From the NCBI GenBank assembly GCA_026016245.1, contig CP061211.1, positions 210,001 to 242,000 on the forward strand: a stretch of DNA of 32,000 nucleotides, written 5' to 3'. Below are positions 1 to 7,266 of this stretch, one piece after another. This DNA is from Candidatus Pacearchaeota archaeon (GTDB lineage: Archaea > Nanobdellota > Nanobdellia > Pacearchaeales > UBA284). The notes under the pieces were generated by a model. It was not told the origin of the DNA and ran no database searches. It worked only from the letters and a program-made list of their open reading frames with translations. The position numbers and the translations under genes were made by a program. The first letter of the stretch is position 1; the number at the start of each line of letters is the position of its first letter.

Positions 1-288
1 GATGATTATGTTTCTTTTAGTAAGTCTGACGCATTAATAGGAAAAAATACTAAGAGAAGTTTAAGAAAAAATGATATATGTTTGGCAAGGATTGTGGCTG
101 TAAGTTATAAAACAATTCCGCCAAAAATTGGTCTTACAATGAGACAACCAGGTTTAGGTAAGCTGGAATGGATCCAGGAAGATAAGAGGAAAGCAAAATT
201 AATGGCTGCAAAAGCTGCAAGAGCTGGGGCAAGGGCAGCTGGAGGGAAAACAAAAGCCAGGGGAAAAACTAAAAGAAAAAGAAAATAA
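1..288 (+). CDS. rpo7: DNA-directed RNA polymerase subunit Rpo7 (RpoE'), C-terminal part; 5' end lies outside the window
   Basis: Frame 1 is open from nt 1 (DDYVSFSKSDALIGKNTKRSLRKNDICLARIVAVSYK...GLTMRQPGLGKLEWI), matching the S1-domain C-terminus of archaeal Rpo7. It sits in the conserved rpo7-spt4-S24e-S27ae gene order. It ends in an Ala/Lys/Arg-rich tail. Confidence 0.85.
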   Translation, partial: DDYVSFSKSDALIGKNTKRSLRKNDICLARIVAVSYKTIPPKIGLTMRQPGLGKLEWIQEDKRKAKLMAAKAARAGARAAGGKTKARGKTKRKRK

Positions 289-294
289 TAAAAA

Positions 295-480
295 ATGAAA
301 AAGAAAAAAGTCTGTAAAAATTGCAAGATTTTCATTGAGGGAGATAAGTGCCCAATATGTCAAGGTACCCAATTTGTGGAGAACTGGAAAGGTCGTGTTA
401 TAATTACTAATCCAGAAAAATCAGAAATAGCAAAAAAATTAAATATAAAAAAGAGGGGGATTTATGCAATAAAAGCTTAA
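295..480 (+). CDS. spt4: Transcription elongation factor Spt4 (RpoE'')
   Basis: 61 aa with a zinc ribbon CxxC...CxxC (CKNCKIF...CPICQG) followed by NWKG..II..PEKSEIAKKLNI..GIYAIK. It lies directly downstream of rpo7. Confidence 0.9.
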   Translation: MKKKKVCKNCKIFIEGDKCPICQGTQFVENWKGRVIITNPEKSEIAKKLNIKKRGIYAIKA

Positions 481-481
481 G

Positions 482-808
482 ATGGAATTCAAGATAGAAA
501 AACAGGAGGCTAAGCCTTTGGTAGGAAGAGATGAGATTACTCTAAAAATTACTAAAATAGAAGCCACACCCTCAAATGCTCAGGTTCAGGAAGCTATAGC
601 AAAATTACTCAATAAAGATAAAGCTTTGATTGTGATAAAGAAGATTCATCAAAAATATGGCATGCATGAAGCCATAGTATCAGCATATGCATACAAAAGT
701 GAGGAAGATTTTAAGAAATTCGAGGTAAAAAAGAAGAAAGAAAAGGCAGAGGAAAAGAAGGAAGAAAAACCAGCTGAAGAAGAAAAGCCAAAAGAGGAGG
801 CTAAATAA
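482..808 (+). CDS. rps24e: 30S ribosomal protein eS24 (S24e) with Lys/Glu-rich C-terminal tail
   Basis: [23 protein letters not shown]...[15 protein letters not shown] fits the S24e pattern. There is a 1-nt gap after the spt4 stop. Synteny is conserved. Confidence 0.9.
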   Translation: MEFKIEKQEAKPLVGRDEITLKITKIEATPSNAQVQEAIAKLLNKDKALIVIKKIHQKYGMHEAIVSAYAYKSEEDFKKFEVKKKKEKAEEKKEEKPAEEEKPKEEAK

Positions 809-810
809 AG

Positions 811-1059
811 ATGGGGAAGAAAGGGCCTAAAGTAGTGAAGAAAGGCAAAAAGAAAAGAAAGCCAAAAAAAAGCAGTGAGAGATGGAAAAAGTATAAAATT
901 GATGGGGGAAAAGCTCAACCAACAGCAAAATTCTGTCCAAGATGCGGGCCAGGTATTTTTTTAGCTGAATCAAAAAATAGATGGTTTTGTGGTAGATGTC
1001 ATTATACTGAATTTAAGTCAAGAGAACAAAAGGAAGAAAAAACTGAAGAGAAGAAATAA
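811..1059 (+). CDS. rps27ae: 30S ribosomal protein eS31 (S27ae) with Lys-rich N-terminal extension
   Basis: Zinc ribbon [27 protein letters not shown]. It follows S24e after 2 nt. Confidence 0.9.
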   Translation: MGKKGPKVVKKGKKKRKPKKSSERWKKYKIDGGKAQPTAKFCPRCGPGIFLAESKNRWFCGRCHYTEFKSREQKEEKTEEKK

Positions 1060-1076
1060 TTCTTTTATTTTTTAAG
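1060..1076 (+). terminator. T-rich tract after the ribosomal protein operon (candidate archaeal oligo-T terminator)
   Basis: ttcttttattttttaag lies immediately after the S27ae stop codon. Confidence 0.4.
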
Positions 1077-1082
1077 AAATTG

Positions 1083-1096
1083 AAAACCCTGGGAAA
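1083..1096 (+). repeat. Copy A of the intergenic 14-mer AAAACCCTGGGAAA (similarity to copy B extends over about 1076-1110)
   Basis: Exact 14-mer shared with 1826-1839 and 2599-2612. It has a G/C core in an AT-rich spacer. Confidence 0.8.
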
Positions 1097-1143
1097 AACT
1101 TACATATTATATATAACTTAGGGATTTTTTCTCCAAAACATCA

Positions 1144-1178
1144 AATTTATAAAAAGTAGTTCGTTAATTTATAAAAAG
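1144..1178 (+). promoter_or_regulatory. Tandem AATTTATAAAAAG boxes (TATA-like) upstream of the methyltransferase gene, followed by a GAGGAG SD-like site
   Basis: The 13-mer aatttataaaaag occurs at 1144-1156 and 1166-1178 (22-nt spacing). The ATG is at 1189. Confidence 0.45.
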
Positions 1179-1188
1179 AGGAGTTGAA

Positions 1189-1815
1189 ATGAAAATACAA
1201 TCAAAAAAATTTTATGAAAAACTTAGTAAATTTAAAGAAAAGAAAAAGGGTTTGTTGCATTTGTTCTTGGTAAAGAAATTCACATGCATGAACAAGCAGA
1301 TTTTGGATCTTGGATGTGGAAAAGGAGAATTAGCATATTTCTTTGCACAAATGGATAATAAAATTAGGGCAATAGATGTCTCAAAGCCTATGCTAAATTA
1401 TGCAATGTCAGTAAACAAACATAAAAATATTACATATCTTCTACAAGATATTAGATCATTAAAATTAAAGAAAAAATTTGATGTTATTTTTGCAATAAAC
1501 TCTTTGGTTCATATTAAATCGCTTGGTCATTTATTAAGACAAATTTATAGTTTGCTTAAAAAAGACGGCAAGTTTATACTATGCTTTCCACATCCGACAC
1601 AGGATTTGAAAGAAATTAAAGATTATCTCAAAGAACAGTTAATAAGGACTAGGACAAAATTTGGAATTGTTGAACAATATTATCGACCAATTCAATTTTA
1701 CCTGAATTTATTAATCGAAGAAAGATTTGCAATAAACAAGATTTATGAATTTAAACTGAAAAAGGAAAAAATTCCTTTTTTCTTTATTGTGGAATTAAAA
1801 AAGAAGCTAAAATAA
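1189..1815 (+). CDS. Class I SAM-dependent methyltransferase
   Basis: Motif I ILDLGCGKGELAYFFA, with an acidic residue after beta-2 (RAIDVS) and the post-I/II pattern DVIFAINSLVH. Confidence 0.8.
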   Translation: MKIQSKKFYEKLSKFKEKKKGLLHLFLVKKFTCMNKQILDLGCGKGELAYFFAQMDNKIRAIDVSKPMLNYAMSVNKHKNITYLLQDIRSLKLKKKFDVIFAINSLVHIKSLGHLLRQIYSLLKKDGKFILCFPHPTQDLKEIKDYLKEQLIRTRTKFGIVEQYYRPIQFYLNLLIEERFAINKIYEFKLKKEKIPFFFIVELKKKLK

Positions 1816-1825
1816 AAGAATTATA

Positions 1826-1839
1826 AAAACCCTGGGAAA
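1826..1839 (+). repeat. Copy B of the intergenic 14-mer AAAACCCTGGGAAA (extended similarity over about 1818-1853)
   Basis: Exact 14-mer. It lies in the 44-nt spacer between the convergent methyltransferase and relE-like genes. Confidence 0.8.
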
Positions 1840-1859
1840 ATTCTCTACATTATGTGGAA

Positions 1860-2117
1860 CTATTTTTTAAAGATTTTGCCCCTATGTTCAAATCGCCATA
1901 ACACAAGGGTGCTGTCTTGTATCGAAAAAATAAGTCTGAATGGAGTGATCCTAACTTCTTTTGCCCCAGCAAATCCATAATGCAATGGTTTGCCAATGCT
2001 TGGATTTGTTATAATTTTTTTGATTTGTTTTTCTATCTTTTTCAAAATCTCTGAAGTGCCAAATCTTTTGATATCTTTTTTATAACTTTTAGAATATTTT
2101 ATCTCTTTGATGCCCAT
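1860..2117 (-). CDS. RelE/ParE-family type II toxin
   Basis: MGIKEIKYSKSYKKDIKRF...NPSIGKPL...VRITPFRLIFSIQDSTLVLWRFEHRGKIF fits the RelE/ParE pattern. I start it at the internal Met at 2117, which overlaps the antitoxin stop by 19 nt. The ORF track extends it to 2153. Confidence 0.8.
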   Translation of the reverse strand: MGIKEIKYSKSYKKDIKRFGTSEILKKIEKQIKKIITNPSIGKPLHYGFAGAKEVRITPFRLIFSIQDSTLVLWRFEHRGKIFKK

Positions 2118-2395
2118 TTTCTCTGTCGCTTGAAGAGCTCTGCAGGACTGCATACTTCAAATTTACCATTTTCAAAATCTTTCCAAGCTTCAATCAAATT
2201 TTTAAGTCCTTTTTCCTCTTCCTTAGACAGAGCTAAAGGTAATGTTCTTATTACAATTAAATGATCTGCTTCACTAAATGCAACAATACTACCGGCTTTA
2301 ATTCCTGTTTTTTGCCTTATATTTTGAGGAATAACCACTTGGCCTTTAGAACTAACTCTAGCAAATTCAGGCCTTAACACTTTAATTTCTTTCAT
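2099..2395 (-). CDS. AbrB/SpoVT-domain antitoxin
   Basis: VSSKGQVVIPQNIRQKTGIKAGSIV is a SpoVT-AbrB swapped-hairpin motif, and the gene lies upstream of the toxin. I prefer Met at 2395 because a TATA-like box and an inverted repeat lie inside the longer ORF (to 2464). Confidence 0.8.
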   Translation of the reverse strand: MKEIKVLRPEFARVSSKGQVVIPQNIRQKTGIKAGSIVAFSEADHLIVIRTLPLALSKEEEKGLKNLIEAWKDFENGKFEVCSPAELFKRQRKWASKR

Positions 2396-2397
2396 CA

Positions 2398-2412
2398 GTA
2401 AGAAAGTCTTAC
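2398..2412 (-). promoter_or_regulatory. Inverted repeat GTAAGA-N3-TCTTAC between a TATA-like box and the antitoxin ATG (candidate autoregulatory operator)
   Basis: gtaagaaagtcttac at 2398-2412, with tttataaaac at 2417-2426 on the + strand and the ATG at 2395. Confidence 0.4.
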
Positions 2413-2461
2413 CATCTTTATAAAACTTTATATTTGATTCATTCAATAAATAAGAAATAAT

Positions 2462-2566
2462 CAAAAAAGCGGGGCCAGAAATTAAAACGCTTAAAAATGC
2501 AAAGCATTTTTGGCGCCCTGAAAATCCTTACGAATTTTCATGGAATTAATGGTGTATTCCGCTAAA
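2462..2566 (-). ncRNA. Candidate structured ncRNA of about 100 nt, class unknown
   Basis: GC-rich island in an AT-rich spacer. Hairpins: GGGGCCA(2471-2477)/TGGCGCCC(2511-2518) enclosing AAAAATGC-AAA-GCATTTTT (2493-2511); GAAAAT/ATTTTC (2520-2539); GGAAT/ATTCC (2542-2560). A closing AGC(GG)/(CC)GCT stem joins 2468 and 2563. On the - strand a TATA-like atatattaat lies about 25 nt upstream and a T6 run (2462-2467) follows the last stem. Confidence 0.35.
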
Positions 2567-2598
2567 AAATCCTATTTTTTTATTAATATATAACATAT

Positions 2599-2612
2599 AA
2601 AACCCTGGGAAA
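2599..2612 (+). repeat. Copy C of the intergenic 14-mer AAAACCCTGGGAAA, with a degenerate CCTGGGTAAAAA at 2653-2664
   Basis: Exact 14-mer in the spacer of about 300-370 nt between the TA operon and scpA. Confidence 0.8.
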
Positions 2613-2768
2613 GACTATCAGGAAAATCAAGGAGATGCTCCCTCAAGCCTTTCCTGGGTAAAAAGAGGTGATAAAATTAATAAGAACTCGAACTTTATAA
2701 ACTTTTCTATTTGTAGTAATTATGCAGTGGTTACTCATTCTTTTTAATCTATTTTTCTTGTTTTGTTA

Positions 2769-3548
2769 ATGGAAAACAATAATAATCAAAAAATTGGCCA
2801 AGAACAGTTTTATGACATGCTTGTGTCACGAGAGCTGAGCTGGCAGGCCATAATTTATGACCTTATCAAGACAGAACAGCTTGATCCTTGGGGTATTGAT
2901 CTTGCTATATTATCCCAAAAATATATTGAAAGAATTAGAGATCTTCAAGAATTGGAAGAAAGCACTTTTTTTATTTCATCTAAAGTCTTGCTTGCTGCTG
3001 CTTTATTGTTAAGGATAAAGTCTGAGGTTTTGCATAATAACTTGAAGAGTATTGATGAAATATTGTTTGAGAAAAAGGACAAAAAAGATGAGGTTGTGGG
3101 GCCTAGCCAAATTATTGACTTTGTTCCAGATGAGATGCCTGATATAATGCCAAGAACCCCCTTACCTCGTGGAAGAAAAGTCACCTTACATGAGTTGATG
3201 AAAGCTCTTGATAAAGCAATTAATACAGAGCATAGAAGAATCAAGAAAGAGTTGAAGTTTAGAAGAGCTAGGTATGATATTGATTTTGTTCTTCCTAAAA
3301 AGAAAGTTGATATAAAGAAGAAGATTAAAGATATCTACAAGAAGATTAAAGACTTATTTTTTGGAAAGAAAGTGGAGAGGTTGACATATACGATGCTAGC
3401 TGGAACAAAACGTGATGAAAGGATAGCTTGTTTTCTGCCTGTCTTGTATTTGGATAGTCAGGAGAAAATAATCCTTGAACAGGAAAGACCTTTTGAGGAG
3501 ATTGATATTTGGTTGAAAAAAAATGGATCTCAAAATAATATATCCTGA
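2769..3548 (+). CDS. scpA: Segregation and condensation protein A (ScpA kleisin)
   Basis: LDPWGIDLAILSQKYIERI plus SSKVLLAAALLLRIKSE in the N-terminal domain. The C-terminal winged-helix-like segment reads ERIACFLPVLYLDSQEKIILEQERPFEEIDI. The ATG is at 2769 (the ORF track starts at TTG 2763). Confidence 0.8.
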   Translation: MENNNNQKIGQEQFYDMLVSRELSWQAIIYDLIKTEQLDPWGIDLAILSQKYIERIRDLQELEESTFFISSKVLLAAALLLRIKSEVLHNNLKSIDEILFEKKDKKDEVVGPSQIIDFVPDEMPDIMPRTPLPRGRKVTLHELMKALDKAINTEHRRIKKELKFRRARYDIDFVLPKKKVDIKKKIKDIYKKIKDLFFGKKVERLTYTMLAGTKRDERIACFLPVLYLDSQEKIILEQERPFEEIDIWLKKNGSQNNIS

Positions 3549-3741
3549 ATGCCCCAAACATAAAAAATATAGAGAAGGAAGATTGGGGTTTGATGATCCT
3601 ATTGTTATGAAAGAAAATTGTCATTTATGCCTTGATTATAAGTTAAGCTGTGGATACTATCAAAAATTTTTAGCTAAGAGAAATAAAAAGAATAAAGTAA
3701 AGAAAAAACCAGAAGAGATCCCTGCTTCTTATCTACTTTGA
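3523..3741 (+). CDS. Hypothetical small Cys-containing basic protein
   Basis: 72-aa ORF that overlaps the scpA 3' end by 26 nt. I recognise no motif. Coding status is uncertain. Confidence 0.25.
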   Translation: MDLKIIYPECPKHKKYREGRLGFDDPIVMKENCHLCLDYKLSCGYYQKFLAKRNKKNKVKKKPEEIPASYLL

Positions 3742-4236
3742 ATTAATCTGAACAAAATCTAGTATGCTTCCTTGTTTGCTTTCTAGAATCTCGCTGTTGA
3801 AACAATCCACTTGAATTCTTAGCATCTTAAATCCAGAAAGTAAGCAGGTTATATTCCATATCTGCTTTTCTTTTTGTTTTTGGAGTATTACTATAATTTT
3901 ATTTATGTTATAGGTTGTTAATTTTTCTTTTTCAAGTTCTTTTTTTATTATTTCTTCCAACTCCTTTAAATCTGTCTTTATATCTTCATTTAGCGCAGTT
4001 ATTTTATCTTTAGGAGTAAAATCTTCTTGTTTGTGTTTTACTTCTTTATCTATAAAAAAAGTTTCTACCTTCTTTTTTTCTGGAATATAAAAGTCAAGTT
4101 GTTCAGTTTCTATGGAAAATTCTGAAGTAAGAACAAAAAAAGCGCTGAATAGGAAGGCTTTTTTATTTTTTTCCTTAAAATCCTTAAATACTTGTGATTC
4201 TTTTAATTTTTTAAGTGTTTTGTGAAAAGACATCAT
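3733..4236 (-). CDS. Hypothetical protein downstream of thrS
   Basis: 167-aa ORF, 12 nt after the thrS stop on the same strand. Two beta-rich halves are separated by a Lys/Glu helix. No family recognised. Confidence 0.5.
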   Translation of the reverse strand: MMSFHKTLKKLKESQVFKDFKEKNKKAFLFSAFFVLTSEFSIETEQLDFYIPEKKKVETFFIDKEVKHKQEDFTPKDKITALNEDIKTDLKELEEIIKKELEKEKLTTYNINKIIVILQKQKEKQIWNITCLLSGFKMLRIQVDCFNSEILESKQGSILDFVQINSK

Positions 4237-4248
4237 TAATTATACAAA

Positions 4249-6111
4249 TTATACAAATTTTGGCCTTTTACTTAGTAATTTTGGTAATGGTAAAGGCTTC
4301 CAAGGCATTCCCCCTTGCCCTTCTTGCAGTATTTTTTTAAATTCCTTAGCTTTCATTTCCTTAACTTTTCCTGTAATTCTGGTCCTGACTGAAAGAACTT
4401 GCTTGTCTAACTCTCTCTTTCCAATGCATACAATATAAGGAACCCACTCTTGCTCTGCTTCTAATATTCTCCTTTCAACATGTAATGGCCTGTCGTCTAT
4501 ATCTGCCCTGACAAAAGGTTCTTCTTCATTTAATTCAACAGCAAGGTCTTGTGCTTGCTCAATAAATTTCTCGCTAATTGGAACAATCCTGACTTGTGTG
4601 GGGGAGAGCCAGAAAGGCAATATAGGATTTTTCTGGCTAGCAGCATTTTCTAGTATTGCTGCTATTGTTCTGTCTATCCCTATACCTGTATGAAGAATAA
4701 TAGGATAGTGTTTTTTATTGTCCTTGCCAGTATAAGTAATATCCCAGTGTTTTGGTGTTTCTGTATCTAATTGAACAGTTGTCACTTCCATTGATCTCTT
4801 AAGATTATCTAAAGCAACAACATCTACCCATGCAATTTTATAGGTTTTCATTACACTAAAAAGTTTGACAATGATAGGCATTTTGAAAATTTTTACCCAT
4901 TCAACAAATTGTTTTTTGTATTTTTTGAAAAAATCCTCTTTGCAGTTGAGAACTACAGCAACAGGTTTGAAACCAATCTCATAATAAATCTGAATAGCAA
5001 ATTGTTTTATCTGTTTTTCATACTCTCTAAAAGCCTGATTAATGTCTGCGCACATTGTATGAAGATCCGCCATCATGAAATTTCTGATGCGATACATGCC
5101 AAGAAGTTCTCCTCTTTGTTCATAACGCCAACTATCATTCTCAAATTCATAAAGACCAAAAGGGAGATTTTTATAGGAAATTGAAGCATCTTTAAGAATA
5201 GAAAGAGTTCCATAATCGCAAGCTGGCCTTAAATAAAATTCCTGCCTCTTTTCAGCTCTGCCTGGCAAAACCTTGTAAAGTCTTTCTGGAAATTGCTCCA
5301 TCATCCATTTAGCTCCAGGATCTTCCTTACTTACGATACATGGTGTTTTTGTAGGCATTCCTCCAAGACGTACAACAAAAACCTCTCTACATAAATCTTT
5401 TATTAAATCAACAATTAACTTTCCTTTTGGAAGATAACGTAGATTGCCAGCATCAGAAACTCTTGTCTCATGGCTAGCTATTTCCATGGTTCTCATTAAT
5501 CTCAAATGTGGAGGTTCTTTTCCTTCTTTTTTCCTCTCTCCTAACTCATCTTTAATGACTATTTTAATTTCTGGATATTCTTTTTTACTTACTTGTTTTT
5601 TCTTTTTAATCTCTCCAGTAGGCAAGATAACAAATAATTCTTTCATTTTGCCTTCTCCTTTAATTTCTTCTTTTTCTTTCTTCGCAACTTCCTCAATGCT
5701 GATCTCTCTTGATAATTCTGAAAGTGGATGGCCCTTACATTTTATTTCAAACTCCTTATACCAGCCAAAAGGAGCTCTAACAACTTTTAATTTAGTTTTG
5801 GAAAGTTTTTTTTCAGCTTGTTTTAAAATATAGAGAGCTGTTGATGGTGAGGAAGGCTCTGATGTAAGATGAACATAAGGATAGAGGACTATTTTCTTGG
5901 CTTTAACCTGTTTTGCTATATCCCTAACTTCTGTGATGAGATTCTTGACTATAGCATCCTTGTATTTTTCATCCTTTTTCTCTACTGCACTTAACACGAC
6001 AAGACATTCCTTTATTTCTCTAGCCCCTTTTTTTATTTCCTCTGGTTTGCTTATGGCTTTTTTTACTGGTTTGAATCGAATGTAGTCGCAGTGAAGAGTT
6101 AATATCTTCAT
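4249..6111 (-). CDS. thrS: Threonine--tRNA ligase, archaeal type with N-terminal archaea-specific editing domain
   Basis: 620 aa. The N-terminus MKILTLHCDYIRFKPVKKAI is typical of the archaeal ThrRS editing domain. It also has a class II catalytic core (FYLRPACDYG, MYRIRNFMMADLH, ILHTGIGIDR) and a C-terminal anticodon-binding domain. Confidence 0.95.
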   Translation of the reverse strand: MKILTLHCDYIRFKPVKKAISKPEEIKKGAREIKECLVVLSAVEKKDEKYKDAIVKNLITEVRDIAKQVKAKKIVLYPYVHLTSEPSSPSTALYILKQAEKKLSKTKLKVVRAPFGWYKEFEIKCKGHPLSELSREISIEEVAKKEKEEIKGEGKMKELFVILPTGEIKKKKQVSKKEYPEIKIVIKDELGERKKEGKEPPHLRLMRTMEIASHETRVSDAGNLRYLPKGKLIVDLIKDLCREVFVVRLGGMPTKTPCIVSKEDPGAKWMMEQFPERLYKVLPGRAEKRQEFYLRPACDYGTLSILKDASISYKNLPFGLYEFENDSWRYEQRGELLGMYRIRNFMMADLHTMCADINQAFREYEKQIKQFAIQIYYEIGFKPVAVVLNCKEDFFKKYKKQFVEWVKIFKMPIIVKLFSVMKTYKIAWVDVVALDNLKRSMEVTTVQLDTETPKHWDITYTGKDNKKHYPIILHTGIGIDRTIAAILENAASQKNPILPFWLSPTQVRIVPISEKFIEQAQDLAVELNEEEPFVRADIDDRPLHVERRILEAEQEWVPYIVCIGKRELDKQVLSVRTRITGKVKEMKAKEFKKILQEGQGGMPWKPLPLPKLLSKRPKFV

Positions 6112-6146
6112 AAATTTAAGAGAGAAGGCAGATTTATAAAATTAAC

Positions 6147-7178
6147 TTAATGATTTAAATCAATATTAGGGGGCAATTCTCCTAGGTTTATGTAGGTATT
6201 TCCATCTGTTACTTCATAACCTGTATCTGATGTCCTCTTAAGCTTAGGCATAACTATACTTGCATAAAGGCCACTACAATTAACAATATTAAAAGGAAAA
6301 ACTCTGGTGATTGTTACATAAGGAGGAATACTAGCACTTCCAAGGCCAAGAGAATATGCTTTATCTTCATCATAATGTGCTGTTGTTCCATCAGAAAGAG
6401 AGATTTCAACTTCCTTGGGATAGAAAAAGAAATTTCCATCGGAAACATTTTTAATTTTCATATTAACATACATCATCCAGCCCATATAATCTTTGCTGTA
6501 TCTACCTCCAAAAAACTTTTCTCTTTTTATAGAATAGGAAGAAACTAAAAGTTCTAGATCTCCAGCATTTGCCCATTCTCCAACATCATAATAAGCTATA
6601 GTAGTATATTTGGTATCAATTTGTTCTTCTTCAATTTGTTCTCCTTCATGTTCTTCCGCTCCTTCTCCATATTTACTTAGGTCATATCCCTTCATTTCCT
6701 TTACCATTTCCCCTCTTATTTCTCTATTCTCCTCTTCAGTAAAATAATTACGAACAAAGACAATCTTGCCCCTAAAATAATTTATCATAGAAATTTTCCA
6801 TCTTTCTCCTACATAATTACAGAAATTAAATTCACATGAATCTCCAGATGGGGGATATAATACAACACTGTTTGTTTTTTCTCTTATCCTGGCATCTCTA
6901 ATTTGATCCAAAACACCATCTCTTGATTTTTCTAATTCATTAATAACTCTGGACAAGCCCTTTTCATTAATTCCTTTTTTAATCACTTTTTTAAATGTAG
7001 TGGTGTCAAGATCCATATCAAAATCACAGAGATCTCCTACTTTTCCTGTTTTTGCGCTCTCAATTATCTGATTAAAAACTCTATTATGATACAAAAGAAT
7101 TTCATTCCTCGCTTCTTCAGCTGTAGGACCTACTTGAAAAAGAAGGGAGGCAATTAATGCACATATAGATATTCCCAT
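6147..7178 (-). CDS. Hypothetical secreted or membrane-anchored protein
   Basis: 343 aa with a hydrophobic N-terminus (MGISICALIASLLFQV), an acidic linker (EGAEEHEGEQIEEEQ) and a beta-rich C-terminal half. It is divergent from the receptor gene at 7267. Confidence 0.55.
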   Translation of the reverse strand: MGISICALIASLLFQVGPTAEEARNEILLYHNRVFNQIIESAKTGKVGDLCDFDMDLDTTTFKKVIKKGINEKGLSRVINELEKSRDGVLDQIRDARIREKTNSVVLYPPSGDSCEFNFCNYVGERWKISMINYFRGKIVFVRNYFTEEENREIRGEMVKEMKGYDLSKYGEGAEEHEGEQIEEEQIDTKYTTIAYYDVGEWANAGDLELLVSSYSIKREKFFGGRYSKDYMGWMMYVNMKIKNVSDGNFFFYPKEVEISLSDGTTAHYDEDKAYSLGLGSASIPPYVTITRVFPFNIVNCSGLYASIVMPKLKRTSDTGYEVTDGNTYINLGELPPNIDLNH

Positions 7179-7266
7179 TTTAATATTGATTTTTTAAGAA
7201 TACCAGAATATATAAATATTTCTTTGAAACGATAAATTTTAAATAGCAAGGTTCCTTTTTAGGAGG

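Noticed and set aside
105-918. Antisense ORFs 105..335(-) and 649..918(-) opposite rpo7/spt4 and S24e/S27ae
   Set aside because: They translate into Phe/Ser/Leu-rich low-complexity strings. This is the mirror image of Lys/Glu-rich coding sequence on the other strand. The sense genes are clearly recognisable, so these are shadow ORFs.
2396-2464. N-terminal 23-codon extension of the AbrB antitoxin ORF (MIISYLLNESNIKFYKDGKTFLL)
   Set aside because: It contains the TATA-like box and the inverted repeat that fit a promoter/operator for the Met at 2395. The SpoVT-AbrB domain begins right after that Met.
1076-2664. The CCCTGGGAAA repeats as origin recognition boxes (oriC) or as integron attC sites
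   Set aside because: There is only a 7/12 resemblance to the CCAGTGGAAA-type mini-ORB. All copies are direct rather than inverted around a DUE, and no orc1/cdc6 gene is nearby. For attC, I see no R''/L''-L'/R' imperfect palindrome or GTTRRRY core, and no intI gene. They are kept as an unexplained repeat instead.
4238-4255. Tandem 9-bp duplication ATTATACAA x2 spanning the thrS stop codon and the next gene's start region
   Set aside because: It is short, AT-only and explainable by slippage. It does not alter either reading frame in a meaningful way.
4909-6085. Plus-strand ORFs inside thrS (4909..5184, 5444..5833, 5897..6085)
   Set aside because: They are shadow ORFs antisense to a confidently identified 620-aa ThrRS. 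Their translations are hydrophobic and low-complexity.
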